From: the human T2T-CHM13v2.0 reference genome, Homo sapiens
Length of the DNA stretch: 64,000 nt
Assembly: GCF_009914755.1 (NCBI RefSeq)
Contig: NC_060929.1
Reading direction: 5' to 3' (one strand)
Part shown: piece by piece, positions 27,219 to 40,670 of the stretch
Position numbering within the stretch: the first letter of the stretch is position 1
Layout: each line of letters begins with the position of its first letter
Position numbers and translations under genes: made by a program
The notes under the pieces: generated by a model
The model's input: only the letters and a program-made list of their open reading frames with translations
The model's database searches: none
Told to the model about the DNA's origin: nothing

Positions 27219-27567
27219 TGTATCTTAGTCCATTCAAATTGCTATAACAAAATACTTGAATCTGAGTAGCTCATAAACACCAAAAATTTATTCCACAGTT
27301 CCAGAGGCTAAGAAGTTCAAGATCAAGGTGGCCGCAGATCTGGTGTCTGGTAAAGTACCCTCTTTCTCATAGATGGTGACTTCTTGCTTTGGAAGGGGCA
27401 AGACAGCTCTCTGGGGCCGTTTTTTACAAAGGTATTAATCTATTCATGAGAATTCTGCCCTCATGATCTAATCACCTCCCAAAGACTCCACCCCTTAATA
27501 CAATTAGTTTGGGAGTAGGATTTTAACACATGAACTCTGGGATGACACAAACATTCACACCATAGCA
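27219..27567 (-). mobile_element. MaLR solo LTR (MLT1A/A0-like)
   Basis: tcttagtccattcaaattgctataacaaaatac...gttcaagatcaaggtg...gacacaaacattcacaccatagca. Confidence 0.85.
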
Positions 27568-29136
27568 GTACTAATTTCTACTTTACATGGTAATGTCTCT
27601 TGATAAAATAGATCATTTGCCAACTTCAGGGTCCAATTGCTGGTTATTATTTTCTTTTAGAATTGGCATTCTATTTTATTGGGTGCTTCACTTGTTATGC
27701 TTTCATCCTGTGGAGAGTTGTGGATCATAACTGAAGTTGTATTCCTTTCAGAGACTTTAATTGCTGATATTACCAAAAAATCAGGCTGTTTTGAAACCAA
27801 ATCTTATGTATGTTTTTGGAGTATATTTTTGTTTTTTCTGTAGACACGTGTATATTGTACATCAGTTCTAAGATAAAATAATTAAAGGTCTTCACTTGAA
27901 ATCATTACTAATAATGGCCATTGTCAACCATAAACGGATACTTTCTTGAGTAGATCAGGACAAGAAAAGGTTAAGTGCCTCGCTGTGTTCAGTAAGTCAG
28001 AGCATCTGCTATAATGTAAATGACAACAAATGCTTTCTTTTCAGTAAGCAGAATTTTTCTGTTTCTTATTTTAGAAAAAAAGGGTGTCTAGCTAGCTGAA
28101 CTGGATAAAACAATGGGATGTGCATCACCTGAGTTTTGTGCATTTTCAAAAGGAAATAATTCTTCCTTTATTCTTTTACTCTTCTTGGCTAATTTGGTTT
28201 AGAGAGAAGAATCCTCTCTTTGTGACTGCACAGGCTTTTAAAATGTTCTTAGTGTTATATAAGAATCTGTTTCTCCTGGGGATCATATCTCATGTTTCTC
28301 ATTGAATTCCTGTTGGAAACAATGGAAGGGAAGAGGTTCATTCAAGAAAAGTCACAGTTGTGGAAAGAGTAAGGTTGATCTGTTTATGAGTATACTTTAT
28401 TTTTTCATTTTGCTTTATCAATGAGCAATATGAAAGAATTAATCAAAACCATGTTACAGTAAACTTGGTAAAAGACATCAAGATCAGCTGAATAAAATTA
28501 GGGAAAAGAGTAGCTGTAATTTTTGTGGATCCTAGTCAATAAAAATGACCAACACAAATTTGTCTAGAGCCGACCACTGGAAGAACACTAGTTATTTCTT
28601 GAGTATAGACAAAAATGTGTGGTTAGAGGGTGGGGGGAGGTTATTAATAAGACATGTGACAGACAGACAGGCAGCATCTGGGACAGGACACCCAGCTAAG
28701 ACACCAGCAAAGAAGAGTGAAAGCTGAGCTCATCCATCCCAAGCATTGTCACTGTCATTAAATTTGCCTGTTTCTGAGATTCTTTGCATGATACATGCTA
28801 GGATAGAAAATTTCCATCCTGACTCTCTTTTTTGCAATAATCCCCTGCTCTTCTAACCCGATGGTAGTCTTTATTGATAGTCCTAGGTGAGACTCTAATA
28901 ATTTGTTTGCTTTATAACTAGGATCTGAATTTTTTTCCTTAGTAATGTAGCTGTTCAACAGCCATGCATTTTCAAAAATGGTATTTTAAAATAAGTGCTT
29001 GTTACATGCAAAAGCCTTCTTACTCAGCATGTTCCGCTGACTTTTCTGGAAAATTCTTCATCAATTCTTCTTGATAGTTTTACATTTACTGTGAGTCCTT
29101 TCTTATGGCGATTATACCAAGCTGATTCTTCCTGAA

Positions 29137-29873
<737 letters not shown>

Positions 29874-30069
29874 GTTTCTTTTATCCTTGATACAATTCTT
29901 AACTTTTTGGAAAACTAATGCCTTTACTAACATCATCTCTTGGCTCAGAAAAATATGGGTGTGTGGAATTTAAGTGTACATCGTGCAATCAAAAGTTTTT
30001 TTCTCCTTGCCATGCATCTAATTGTATGTATACATACATATATACAGATATATATATATACGTACATTC

Positions 30070-30431
30070 TGCAGTGGAATAAAAATTTGTGTCCTCCACA
30101 ACTAATATGTTGAAATCTTAACCCCCAAGATGATGTTATTAGCAGGTGGGTCCTTTGGGAGGTGATTAAGTAGTAAGAGTGGAGCCTTCATGAACAGGAT
30201 TAGTGTCTTATAAAGAGGCCCAGGAAAGATCTCTTTTCCCATCCACCTCCTCACAGGGAGAAGCCAGCCATCAGTCTGCAATTCATAAAAGGACCCTCAT
30301 GAGAACCTAACCATGATGCTACCCTGATCTTGGACTTTCCAGGCTCCAGAACTGTGAAAAATAAATTTATGTTATTTATAAGCCATCCAGTTTATAGTAT
30401 TGTGTTATAGCCGCCCGAAATTACTGAGTCA
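30070..30431 (+). mobile_element. MaLR solo LTR (MLT1A-like)
   Basis: atatgttgaaatcttaaccccc...ctccagaactgtgaaaaataaattt...gtattgtgttatagc; flanks cattc/catgc (4/5 TSD). Confidence 0.85.
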
Positions 30432-31049
30432 CATGCGTCTCTACATAGCATCAGTGCTGATTGTGTCCATCTGGCACTCTCTACTTTCTCCATATACTTT
30501 ACCTTGCCCTTTAAAATTATGCTTATCATGGAAACAAACCATTTAAACTTGGAGGCTCTCATTTCCAAACCTTTTTGCCTTAAAATAGGATGTTTGTTTC
30601 TGAAATTTTCTACTTTCCTGACATTTCTGTTGTTTGACATTCTGTGCATTGAATCTTTTTTTCATGCTTAGTGTAGAGTAAAAAATAATTCAAAATCTTA
30701 AGAAAATTTACAAAACTCTGGTCGCTGTTTTAAGAGTAGCTGCACCCAGTCAACTGAGTCAACTTGGCTCATCACAGTTTTGCCAATAAAAGCCTATCAT
30801 TCATGAAGTTACAGTCATAACTGTGTTTGAGTTGTTGATGCTGATAGGTCTTATTTAAAATAAAAAACATTGTTAAATCAGGAGGGAATATAATTGCAAC
30901 TCTATTCATCATGAGTCAGAAGTTTCCTATGACAATCACATTACTGTTACTTCTAAGTAAGATATACATATCCATGGATACATCTCTGTGGAAGAGGTCA
31001 AGTCAGGGTGCCTCTCTTTGTCTCTCTGTTTTACTTCCCACAGGAAATG

Positions 31050-31830
31050 GAGTTATTCATTCTTCCATTCATTAATATTTTTGATTCCTCCCATGTGTAA
31101 GCCACTGTGCTAGCTTTGTGAGGAAATATTTGAAGACTAAGCTTGAGCATAGTAATGAAATTTGTTTCAACTCAATACATCAAGTAGTAGGCACACTTTC
31201 TTGTTACCGAACTATGTGCTAGCCCTGAAATAAGATACGTGCATGACATATCGGATTTTGTCACAAAGATCACAGTCTCTTAGAGAAAATAATACAGGAG
31301 TCAAATATCAACAGCTGACTATAGTGCTCTGCTAGTGATATAAATTAAATGCACTAAAAAGGGAGCTATTAATTCTTTCTAGAAGTGGAAGATAGGTAAA
31401 GAATAAAGTGAGTAGGCATTTTATTGAGAGGAGAATTTAGCCGAAAATTAAAGGTAGAAGATCAAGGTAATTTTGAGTGATGACATTCCAGATATGAGGG
31501 TTTGTACAAAAGCATAAGGCTATGAGAACATAACACATGCTCAGATTATTTACAATACTTCATTGAGGCCACATAAAAGGTTATCTAATGGCAATAGCAG
31601 TAGGGGGTGAGATTGGAAAAGAAGACCAGACTGTTAGTGAATGATCTTCAATACCTTATTAAAGAATTTGTCAGATGTCATGTAGAAACCAAGGGATTTT
31701 TGAAGTCAAGTTGCCTTTTGATCTAACATTGATATACAACTACAAGCAGCAGTGTGCAGTTCTATTTGGATAGCCCTAGGAAGTAACTAGAAGAAACTCT
31801 GTGTCTTTCAGGTAGGAGAGACCAAAGGTA
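31050..31830 (-). mobile_element. L2 LINE fragments, highly diverged
   Basis: attcattcttccattcattaatatttttgatt terminus followed by an antisense L2-like body. Confidence 0.55.
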
Positions 31831-32369
31831 AGTTTTTGGCACTTATAGTAACTTTGGTGGAAATTAGTACTGAAATCATCAAATTTATGGTCATAGATCA
31901 GTAATGAAATCTACCACTAGTGTGATGTGAAGTTGAAAATTTACCTTCGCAATCATTCATTTTATCTTTAGAGGACAAAACAGAGCACTATGTTAACCCC
32001 AGACATGTTTATTTTTCCCTAAGATACAATAAATGTGATACCTAACACTACTGTTTTCCTAATATTTCTTTAAATATTCACTCTGTACCAAATAAGTCTG
32101 GATGTATGCATTTTCTTATAAGTAATAAATTGTAGGAAAGCATTTGTGACTTAGATATATAGTTTATGGTTCACAGAGGTTCTTTCAAATATTCTCCCCT
32201 TATTTTTCATGAGTAACAATCAATGGCCCTTCCTCAATGTGCTAATATAATTCTCATTTTTATTTATCATTGAGATGTTGAGATATATATGATATAAACA
32301 ACCTTTCCCTTCCTGTCTATATTTTGGGAATGGTACTAGATAATAATAAAGTAATGATAACAATTTCTG

Positions 32370-32600
32370 TAAATTCTGTAGCTGATATTACTGAGCCTTT
32401 ATTTTGTAATGGGCATTGTGCTAAGTGCTGGCCTTTATATGTAGAAACATATTTAATTTTTGCATCAATCCGGAGAAGGGTACTATCATTTTCTTCATTT
32501 TATGGATAGTGACTCAGGGATGTTTAATAACTTGCTGAAATCATATAATAGGTAGAGAGCCAAGCAAGAGGAAGAGTCCAAGTCTGTCTGACCCCACCAG
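32370..32600 (-). mobile_element. MIR SINE
   Basis: actgagcc...ggcattgtgctaagtgct...cattttatggatagtgactcag...ccaagtctgtctgacccca. Confidence 0.7.
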
Positions 32601-33639
32601 GGGCTTAATTTTCTTTTTAAGAAGTGTCTCAACCCTATCCTACATAGTTCACTTTATCGTTGAAACCATTTCTCATCTCACATGAAATGAATCAAATAAT
32701 TATGGACTACTTCAGCGTTTCCGGTATATTTTTCAAAACGATCTCATCATGGTCCTACATGATTTGTTTTTGCCATTTGAGTCTTCAACTCAATTTAAAT
32801 GTTATAAAAACTACAGATTACTTTGGCATTAGCTGAAGATATTGTCAAAAATGGAATGAGTCTCTCTTTATAATGCTATATTTCAGAAAGTCATAGAAGA
32901 TTAAAATTCTTTCATCTTAATACCACTACTTAATTATTAGATTCACAAATCTGTAACTTGAACTCTCTTCAAAGTTATTGATGTTTCTTTATATATCAAA
33001 ATTTAATATTTGGTGATTTTGATAAACATTCAGATCTCTAAATGATGGTAGGAAAATTTATGCATGCACTATATGTCTTATATTCTAATCAGTAATACTA
33101 TTCTATGAGAAACCTCAAGTTGGAAAAGACATGAGATATTTCAGAAACACTAAAAGGACTTCTTGTCTCTTTTATTTGTTTCTTGAATCTATCTAAGATG
33201 ACTTTGCTGTCTATTAAATACAGTCAGCCACCATAAATCTTAAACAGGCGTAAAATCGTTTAAGGACAAGTCTGAAATAGATGTTCAAATTAAATTTGTT
33301 ACATATCTACGACATACCTACTTTATTCTGTCTTTTTCCCATAGTGATTTTAAAACCCAAATATACTACATATACTAATAATTATTAAATAATTATTATT
33401 TTTTAAAACTAAACTATTCTAGAATAAAATACTTTTTATTTTGTAAGATATTGTGGAGTTTTAATTTGATCAATTGAATTTCAGATGAATTGTACCCATT
33501 CTTAATAGTCTATTTAGTATGTATTTACTGAGCGCTTAGAGTACTAGGTACTAGGATAAACACTGTGAACAAGAGAAGCATAGAACTTCTCTCCAGTTTA
33601 AATTTTACCATAAACAAATAAAAACTATCCCACTCAGTA

Positions 33640-34407
33640 TTTCTTTTTCATCAAATTTTATTTTAAGTCTCGGGGTATATGTGCAGGATGTGCAGGTTTG
33701 TTACATAGGTAAATGTGTGCCATGGTGGCTTGCCGCACAGATCAACTCATCACCTAGGTATTAAGCCCGGCATGCATTAGCTATTTTTCCTGATGCTCTC
33801 CCTCCCCCAACCCCCAACCAATCAAAAGGCCCCAGTGTGTGTTATTCTCCCACATGTGTCCAAGTGTTTTCATTGTTCAGCTCCCACTTAGAAGTGAGAA
33901 CATGTTGTGTTTGGTTTTCCATTCTTGCGTTAGCTTGCTGAGGATAACAGCTTCCAGCTCCGTCCATGTCCTGGCAAAGGACATGATCTCATTCCTTTTT
34001 ATGGCTGCATAGTATTCCGTGATGTATATGTATCACATTTTCTTTATTCAGTCTGCCGTTGATGGGCGTTTGGGTTGATTCCAAGTCTTTGCTGTTGTGA
34101 ATAGTGCTGCAATGAACATACACATGCGTGTATCTTTATAATAAAATAATTTATATTCCTTTGGGTATATACCCACTAATGGGATTGCTGGGTCAAATGG
34201 TATTTCTGCTTCTAGATTTTTGAGGAATCACCACACTGTCTTCCATAATGGTTGAGCTAATTTACGCTCCCACCAACAGTGTAAAAGTGTTCCTTTTACT
34301 CCACAACCTTGCCAGCATCTGTCGTTTCTGGATTTTTCCATAATCGCCATTCTGACTAGCATGAGATGGTTTCTCACTGTGGTTTTGATTTGCATTTCTC
34401 TAAAGAT
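33640..34407 (-). mobile_element. 5'-truncated L1PA (mid-age primate L1) 3' end
   Basis: gtgcaggtttgttacataggtaaatgtgtgccatggtgg...gggattgctgggtcaaatggtatttct...gttttgatttgcatttctct; degenerate TSD cccactcagta / cccacttggta. Confidence 0.95.
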
Positions 34408-34420
34408 CCCCACTTGGTAG

Positions 34421-34510
34421 TTTTTTTAAAATTTTATTTTTCCATAAGTTATTGGGGTACAGGTGGTATTTGGTTACATGAGTAAGTTCTTCAGTGGAGA
34501 TTTGTGAGAA
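34421..34510 (-). mobile_element. L1PB 3' terminal fragment
   Basis: ttccataagttattggggtacaggtggtatttggttacatgagtaagttctt, the typical L1PB1-like 3' end. Confidence 0.8.
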
Positions 34511-34884
34511 CATGGAAGATATCAAACAAGGTTTTATTTTATTTATTTTTTTTCTAAGCGATTCTAACATTTTAAAAAGTTTATTAAGAGTAAAAACCCA
34601 GGCTTTAGATTCTGGAGTCTATATTTTTAACCAGTGTGCTATACTCTATCTCTAGACCCCTGGTCCAAGGGAGGCTCCGAGGAGTTGGCAAACACTGGTT
34701 TCCTAGGTCCCCAGAATGTTCTTTATTCCTGCCCATGACAAAAACTGATTGTTCAGACTTTGCTTTGTTTATCTGACATTCTGCAGTGTTTGTTCAGTGC
34801 ATTTCCCTTGTTATTTTAATTAGACAGAAATCTCTTTCTATTACTTACGGCCTAAAAACAGCAGCAGGGGCAGCAGCATCAATT

Positions 34885-34975
34885 ACAGCCAACACCTATC
34901 ACACTCACTGTCAAACGGGCCCTGTTCTAAACATTTTACATATATTCATTCATTTGATCCTCCTGAGAACCCTGT
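34885..34975 (-). mobile_element. MIR fragment
   Basis: ctgttctaaacattttacatatattcattcatttgatcctc. Confidence 0.55.
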
Positions 34976-34978
34976 TAG

Positions 34979-35283
34979 TGATAGGGACAGGAGGCAGATA
35001 AATTCTAGGCAGAAAAGGGTAGGGTCCCTGGTGAAGAAGCCCCCCACTCAAGCCTGGAACCGTGGCCCAAAGTGAGAACGTGCATTCCTGTTTTCCTGCT
35101 CAAATGTTGCCTTTTCCAAAACCACACATAGCCTGCCCAACCCCCACTTCTGCACCCATAAAAACCCCTGACCCGACTGGCAGAGAGCAGAGGAGGGGAG
35201 AAGAGGAAAAGCAGCTGGACGTTGGAGACTGCCCTTTGACGTTGGAGAGAAGCAGCTTGACTTCAGAGGGATGGTTTGACGGC
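34979..35283 (+). mobile_element. ERV1 LTR fragment, MER50-like
   Basis: Starts tgatagggacaggaggcag...ctaggcagaaaaggg...gggtccctgg; cccataaaaacccc TATA-like box; 3' part missing. Confidence 0.6.
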
Positions 35284-35289
35284 AAACAA

Positions 35290-36110
35290 GGTTTTTAATA
35301 GAGAACAAAAGGTGATGACAAAGGAGTCTACTTCACAGGGGGTGATCAAAGAAAGCATCTAGGAGGTGACTTTGAAGCTGAGAAAAGAAGAAAAGGAAAA
35401 AGTCCGAAATGCAAAGACCAAGAGACAAATAGTTTTAGGTGTGTATTAGTTATCCATTGCTGCATAACAAGTTGCTTTAAAATTCACTGGCTTAAAACAA
35501 CACATTTATTACAGTTTCTGCAGGTCACAAATCCAGATATAGCTTTGCTGGGTGCCTTTGGCTCACAGGCCCTTAGGAGGCTGCATTTATGCTGTTGGCC
35601 TGGACTGTAGTATCTGAAGGCTCTACTGAGGCCCTTGATGATCCCCACTTGCTGATATTCATGCCCCTTTTTGAGTCCCCTCTCTTAGAGTGATTTGCTT
35701 CTTCTAATGAAGAGAATAGAGCAAAGTGACGGAATGTCATTTCTGTGATTAGGCTACAAAAAGACTGATTGTTCTTTCTTATTTGCTTGGAGACAAGCCA
35801 GCTGCCATGTTGTGAGCTGTCCTGTGGAGAGGACCAACCACATGGCAAGTCCCTTAAGGAGGTCACCTGCAAAAAGACACCAAAGAACTGAAGCCATCAG
35901 GCATCTTAGTCTGCCTACCACAGTTGGAAAGAAGAGTATGGTCCAAAAAGTCTTGAGTCAGAAAATAGCTTGGAGTGTTCTAGAAATTGTCAGGAGGCCA
36001 GTATAGCTGAAAGGTGGAGGAGAGAGGCAGGAATACATAATGAGGTTGGAGCAGTACATAGGAACCAAATAATTTAGGTCTGTGTAGGTCATGGTAGGAA
36101 GTTGGGAGTG
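35290..36110 (-). mobile_element. L2 fragment interrupted by an MLT1 LTR
   Basis: ggaggtgactttgaagctgaga before the LTR; gaaattgtcaggaggccagtatagctg...gtaggtcatggtaggaag after it. Confidence 0.6.
35442..35922 (-). mobile_element. MaLR solo LTR (MLT1F/G-like) with an internal inversion
   Basis: Termini tgtattagttatccattgctgcataaca and catcttagtctgcctaccaca are antisense; 35630-35900 reads sense (gatccccac...ttcatgccc...gccagctgccatgttgtgagctg). Confidence 0.8.
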
Positions 36111-37849
36111 TTAAAATGAGGAAGCTTTCTGGAGTATCTTCCTTTTGATGAAAGGTATGGATTTTTTTTAAAACATGAGTGAAAGAATGTTGACTATATC
36201 CAAATCCATACTTTCAGTGAACTAGGATAGCAGTGTAACCCTGAATCCTCACACACACATATATCCAGTGATGAGGGAACTATGAATTATGCATGTAACA
36301 TTTCTCAGCTTCTCACAGTTTTCACTAGAGCCTGCATTTCAACACTGATTGCAAACGGTCCATGAATCCATCCAAAGCCAGAAATGCTGAACAAAAGCTG
36401 CTGTTGCCTGGGACAACCCTAGACTTTAAGCATGTTAGGACATAAATTGTGTTTCTAGGAAATTTTACAAGGGATTTTTTTAAAAACTTGTCTTTGCAAA
36501 CCAAATGCTTCACATAATTTGAAGTGTCTTGCGGTTTTTCCAAGAATGTTGTTTGTAGCACCACTATAGAGATGAATTTTAATATACGATTGGAGCATGT
36601 GTTCGCTGAGATATTTGATCCCGTAATTTATGGTATTGTTCTTTGTATAGTCAACTCTTTCTGCCATGGAGGCAGTTTTTTAGGAAATTGTCCTACTTTT
36701 ATAAAGTTGATGGTGGAATTTAAATATTTGCCATATAGATAGGAGCCTACATCTAGAGATTTGTTATATAGAGATACACTAAGAATAAAAAAAATCTGAA
36801 AAGAATATTCATCTGTGGGGAAACAAAAAGAGAAAAGAGCGATAGCCTCTGTAACAAACATTTTAGGAATCTTTCAACTTAGTTTTGCTTTTTGGGGGGA
36901 AGCTATTCTTTTAAGTCTATCGTCTAAGTTATAATAATATTTTGTTAAGCAAATCAATTGATGATAGGATTTTTCTTATCTATCCGTCCATCCATGAAGA
37001 AAATGAAGGTGGGATTATAACATCATGTGCATACAAATAAAGTTATAACATAGTCATAATTGAGAATATTATTTCATTTTAGATTATGGATCTTTGTTTT
37101 GTTCAACATTAGTATCTCAGAGCTTAATTAGTTATTTTTACGTGTCTTAGCAACCCATTAACAAAGAGCTAATTGAAGAATAAGAAATATGTATCAAGTT
37201 ATTCCCCTAAACCCCCTTTTGCAGTCATTGTTTCTCCTTTAAATAGAACATTATCGTTCTCACAGATGGTTGAAGTGATGTATTGTGGGAAATTAAACAT
37301 ACTTGGCTTTTTTCCTGAATTTTCTACTTAGCAACTAAGGCCGCTCACCCCGGATGTATTATTTAACTCTTCCCCAGACACCCTCTGACTCAACAGCGGT
37401 AGGATTCACAGTTGGAAAGCTCTTCTTTTTATGATCCCCAAACACTGTTTCACCTTATTTTTATTACTGTTTTAAATATTTGTAACATTATAGGAAAACA
37501 AGCCATAAAGAATATTCATTTTGAAACCAAAGGTAGAATTTAGACCAGACTCCGCTGTAATGATCTAAATATTTAATCTTGTTAAGGGTGTGGAGAAATG
37601 TCTCTAGACATGGACATATGAACTAATATGACCTTTCAGGAGTGCCATCTAGGAATACATTTCAACATTTTAAATGTGCAGCTGTTTTGATCTATTAATT
37701 CAACATAGAGAAATTAATCCTAAAGGAAGAGGGAAAATATTCAAGCACGAACATATTGTATAGTGTTGTTTATATTGATGAAAAATTAAACTATGTGTTC
37801 ATATGGAATTGATAAAACTAATGCTACTACAAATAATAATACTAATCAT

Positions 37850-38050
37850 ATGTCACCTTTATTGAGTTTTTACGATGTGTCAGCAAAATAGTAAGCACTT
37901 TACATGTGTTATGTCACTTAATTTTCTCCACATCCTAATAATATAGGTACTATAATTGTCCCCATTTTTCAGACAATGAAGCTAGCTAAGCGGTAGAGAT
38001 GTTAAATACCATCTCAAGGTCTTATAGCCAGTGAGTGGCAGAATTGAACA
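37850..38050 (-). mobile_element. MIR SINE
   Basis: tttattgag...taagcactttacatgtgtt...ataggtactataattgtccccatttttcagac. Confidence 0.75.
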
Positions 38051-40259
38051 CATATTATAAATTCATAATATGGAGTCATTAAGAAAGAGATAAGCTTGAC
38101 ATTTATGTACTAATATGAATGATAGTTAAAGATTAAGTACAGATAATAGAACTTTACGTTTAGTATCATCACATTTATGTAATAAACTTACCTACATCCA
38201 GGTTATAAACAAAGGGATATTCAATCAATCTCTTGTAAGTTGTAGGGTATTTGTCTATGTTTTCACTCTATCCCATATCTTTCACGATGGCACGCAATCA
38301 CGATAGCCAGCTGGCTCTTATATTGTCCAAAGATGAGATAGAATTTGACATCCAGAAGGGAAGCAGAGGTGAAGCACAGAGGAAGAGGCAGTTCTGGCAG
38401 TATTAGATTCCTAGCTAACACCTCTGCCTTTCCCAATTATTTCAACCTGTAAAGTCCACTTTGCCTAAGCCACTTTGAACTCTTTTACTTCAAATTGTAG
38501 TGCTTTTTGCTGCTGCAAAAGTCATTGTGGACAATGAGACTTTCCAGGTTACTCCACTGTGGGTTTGCTTTTAGTGTATATGGGTATGCTTTTCGTTTTC
38601 ATTTATTTGTTTATTTTTTAATCTGTGCTTTCATTTTACCTATGTGAATCTTGAACATTTTTTTAATTGCAGATGGACTAATAAAGATACTCAAAATGAA
38701 ATTCTTACCTAAATTTTATTTCTGCCTCACTTACCAAAATCAGCTGGAAAAGAAAAGTAAAACTGGTCCAGAAAAGGGCATAGTGATGCTTGGGGGTGGT
38801 TTATGTTCTTTATCTGGTCCATTGTTAGTTTGTTGAATTGGTGAATGCCAATCAAAGACAAGACCAGTAATTTCAACATTATTTCAGTCACAATCCCTAC
38901 CGGCCAAAAATATTTTTGTTAGATTTTGTCAGTAATTTATAGTGAGAAAATAAGAGATCTTTTTATAGTGCTTAATACAAAGTGTCTCATAGTACCGAAT
39001 ACATTCTCAGACTACATATACACATGTGCACACACATACTGTATACGCTACACATGCATGAGCACACACACATTCTTTTAACTTCTAGCCCCCAACTCAT
39101 TTTCTTCCTACACTAAAGATTGGTTGAGTGTCATGCCACACAGATTATGGGTTTGCCAGCGCTATCTGAAAATCAATAGATCTTGTTCAAATATGTCAGA
39201 GCTTCAATTCCTAGTAAGTAACTCAAGTAGTTTATACTAATCATATCCCTAGAATACTTTTGGGAGCTTGGAGCTCCATGATTTCTATTTTGTAAAATAA
39301 CTATTTTGGAGGAGATATTTAAGTGGTAAAATATTGACTTGTTTACTGAAAAAAAAAAAAGAAAGAGGTAGCAATAGTTAGGAAAAAGAATACTGTTCCA
39401 CACGTTCCAAAATCAATATCCAATACAGCCTCAGTGGAAAAACCGAAGATTTCCATCTTCTGGGGCACTTTTCTCTACCACTTTGGGTGTAAATTGCCTT
39501 GTTATCAAGAAGGGAAAAGTCAGCAATGTGTAGAGAGAGAGAAAGATGCGTCACATCTGCACAATAAATTATTAAAAAGAAAGATAAATTAACATGTTTT
39601 TCAGGCGTTACTACAACATTTATAAATTGTTTTCATTCCCAAAGAACAGGACTATCACCCAGTCCTTACATTTTGAAAACTATATTTAGATATATTTCTC
39701 AAAATTTTAAGAGATTTTGGCCTTGCCTTTCAGGTTATGCACGGAAATCATTGCCAAAATCCCATTTGCTCTGGTTATTTCCTTGAACAAATTACCATAT
39801 TACATACTTACCCTCTAAAACCTGTGATTTTAATTTGCTCAAAAAGCATTCTTAGTAAATGCTCTTTCTTGAAATTTTGTTAGAAAAAATAAAGAAGTTC
39901 CTTTTGATAGATACTAATTTGGCATTATAAAAGAAGGTAAGAGTATATTCACTGATTTTCCAGATATTCATTTAGAGCCTATCTTTGCTACCAGTTGTGC
40001 TATGCACTGCTGAGGGAGCACCCGAGAAGGGCAACTGGGAGAGAGCCTCTCACCTCAAGTTTTAAGGTCAGTTGGAGAAAAGTAATACCCGTAATAATAA
40101 TTACACCAGAAGTTAATGCAGGCTATAGTACTATGACCCTAATGCTCGGAGAGAATACATAGAGCAAATATATTTCCTAGGCAGCTTGGGGAAACTGATA
40201 AAAGAGGTATCATTTGCTGTAGATTTTGAAGAAGGAACAGGAACTTTCTAAGCAGAGAA

Positions 40260-40670
40260 GTTGTGTCACTTTCACTCCCACCACGGGGCTTTTGCATATG
40301 ATTTTTTCTCTGCCTGGAAGGCTGTTTCCTTCCATCCCATCCTCCTCAGTCCTTTATCTTATTAGTTATGACTCATCCTTCAGGTATCAGCACTACTGTT
40401 ACTTTCTCAGGGAGGCCATCTCTGGCTCTATAACTTGGATTAGTTTTCCATTCAGAGAAAAAAAAATTGAAGAGGTACATGCTTTTTATTTTTACACTTC
40501 TCAGATGGTAATTATATAGACATCTGTCTGATTATTTTATAAATGTCTGTTTCACACTGCACTGTAAGCTCCTCGAAAGCAGAGGATCACTTATATATAT
40601 ATATCTCCAGCTTCTGGCAGAGACCCTGGCAAACAATAAATGTTCCATAAATATTAGTAAAATGAGTGAC
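40260..40670 (+). mobile_element. L2 LINE 3' end
   Basis: ggggcttttgcatatg...ctctgcctggaag...ctgtaagctcctcgaaagcagagg...ataaatattagtaaaatgagtga. Confidence 0.7.
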
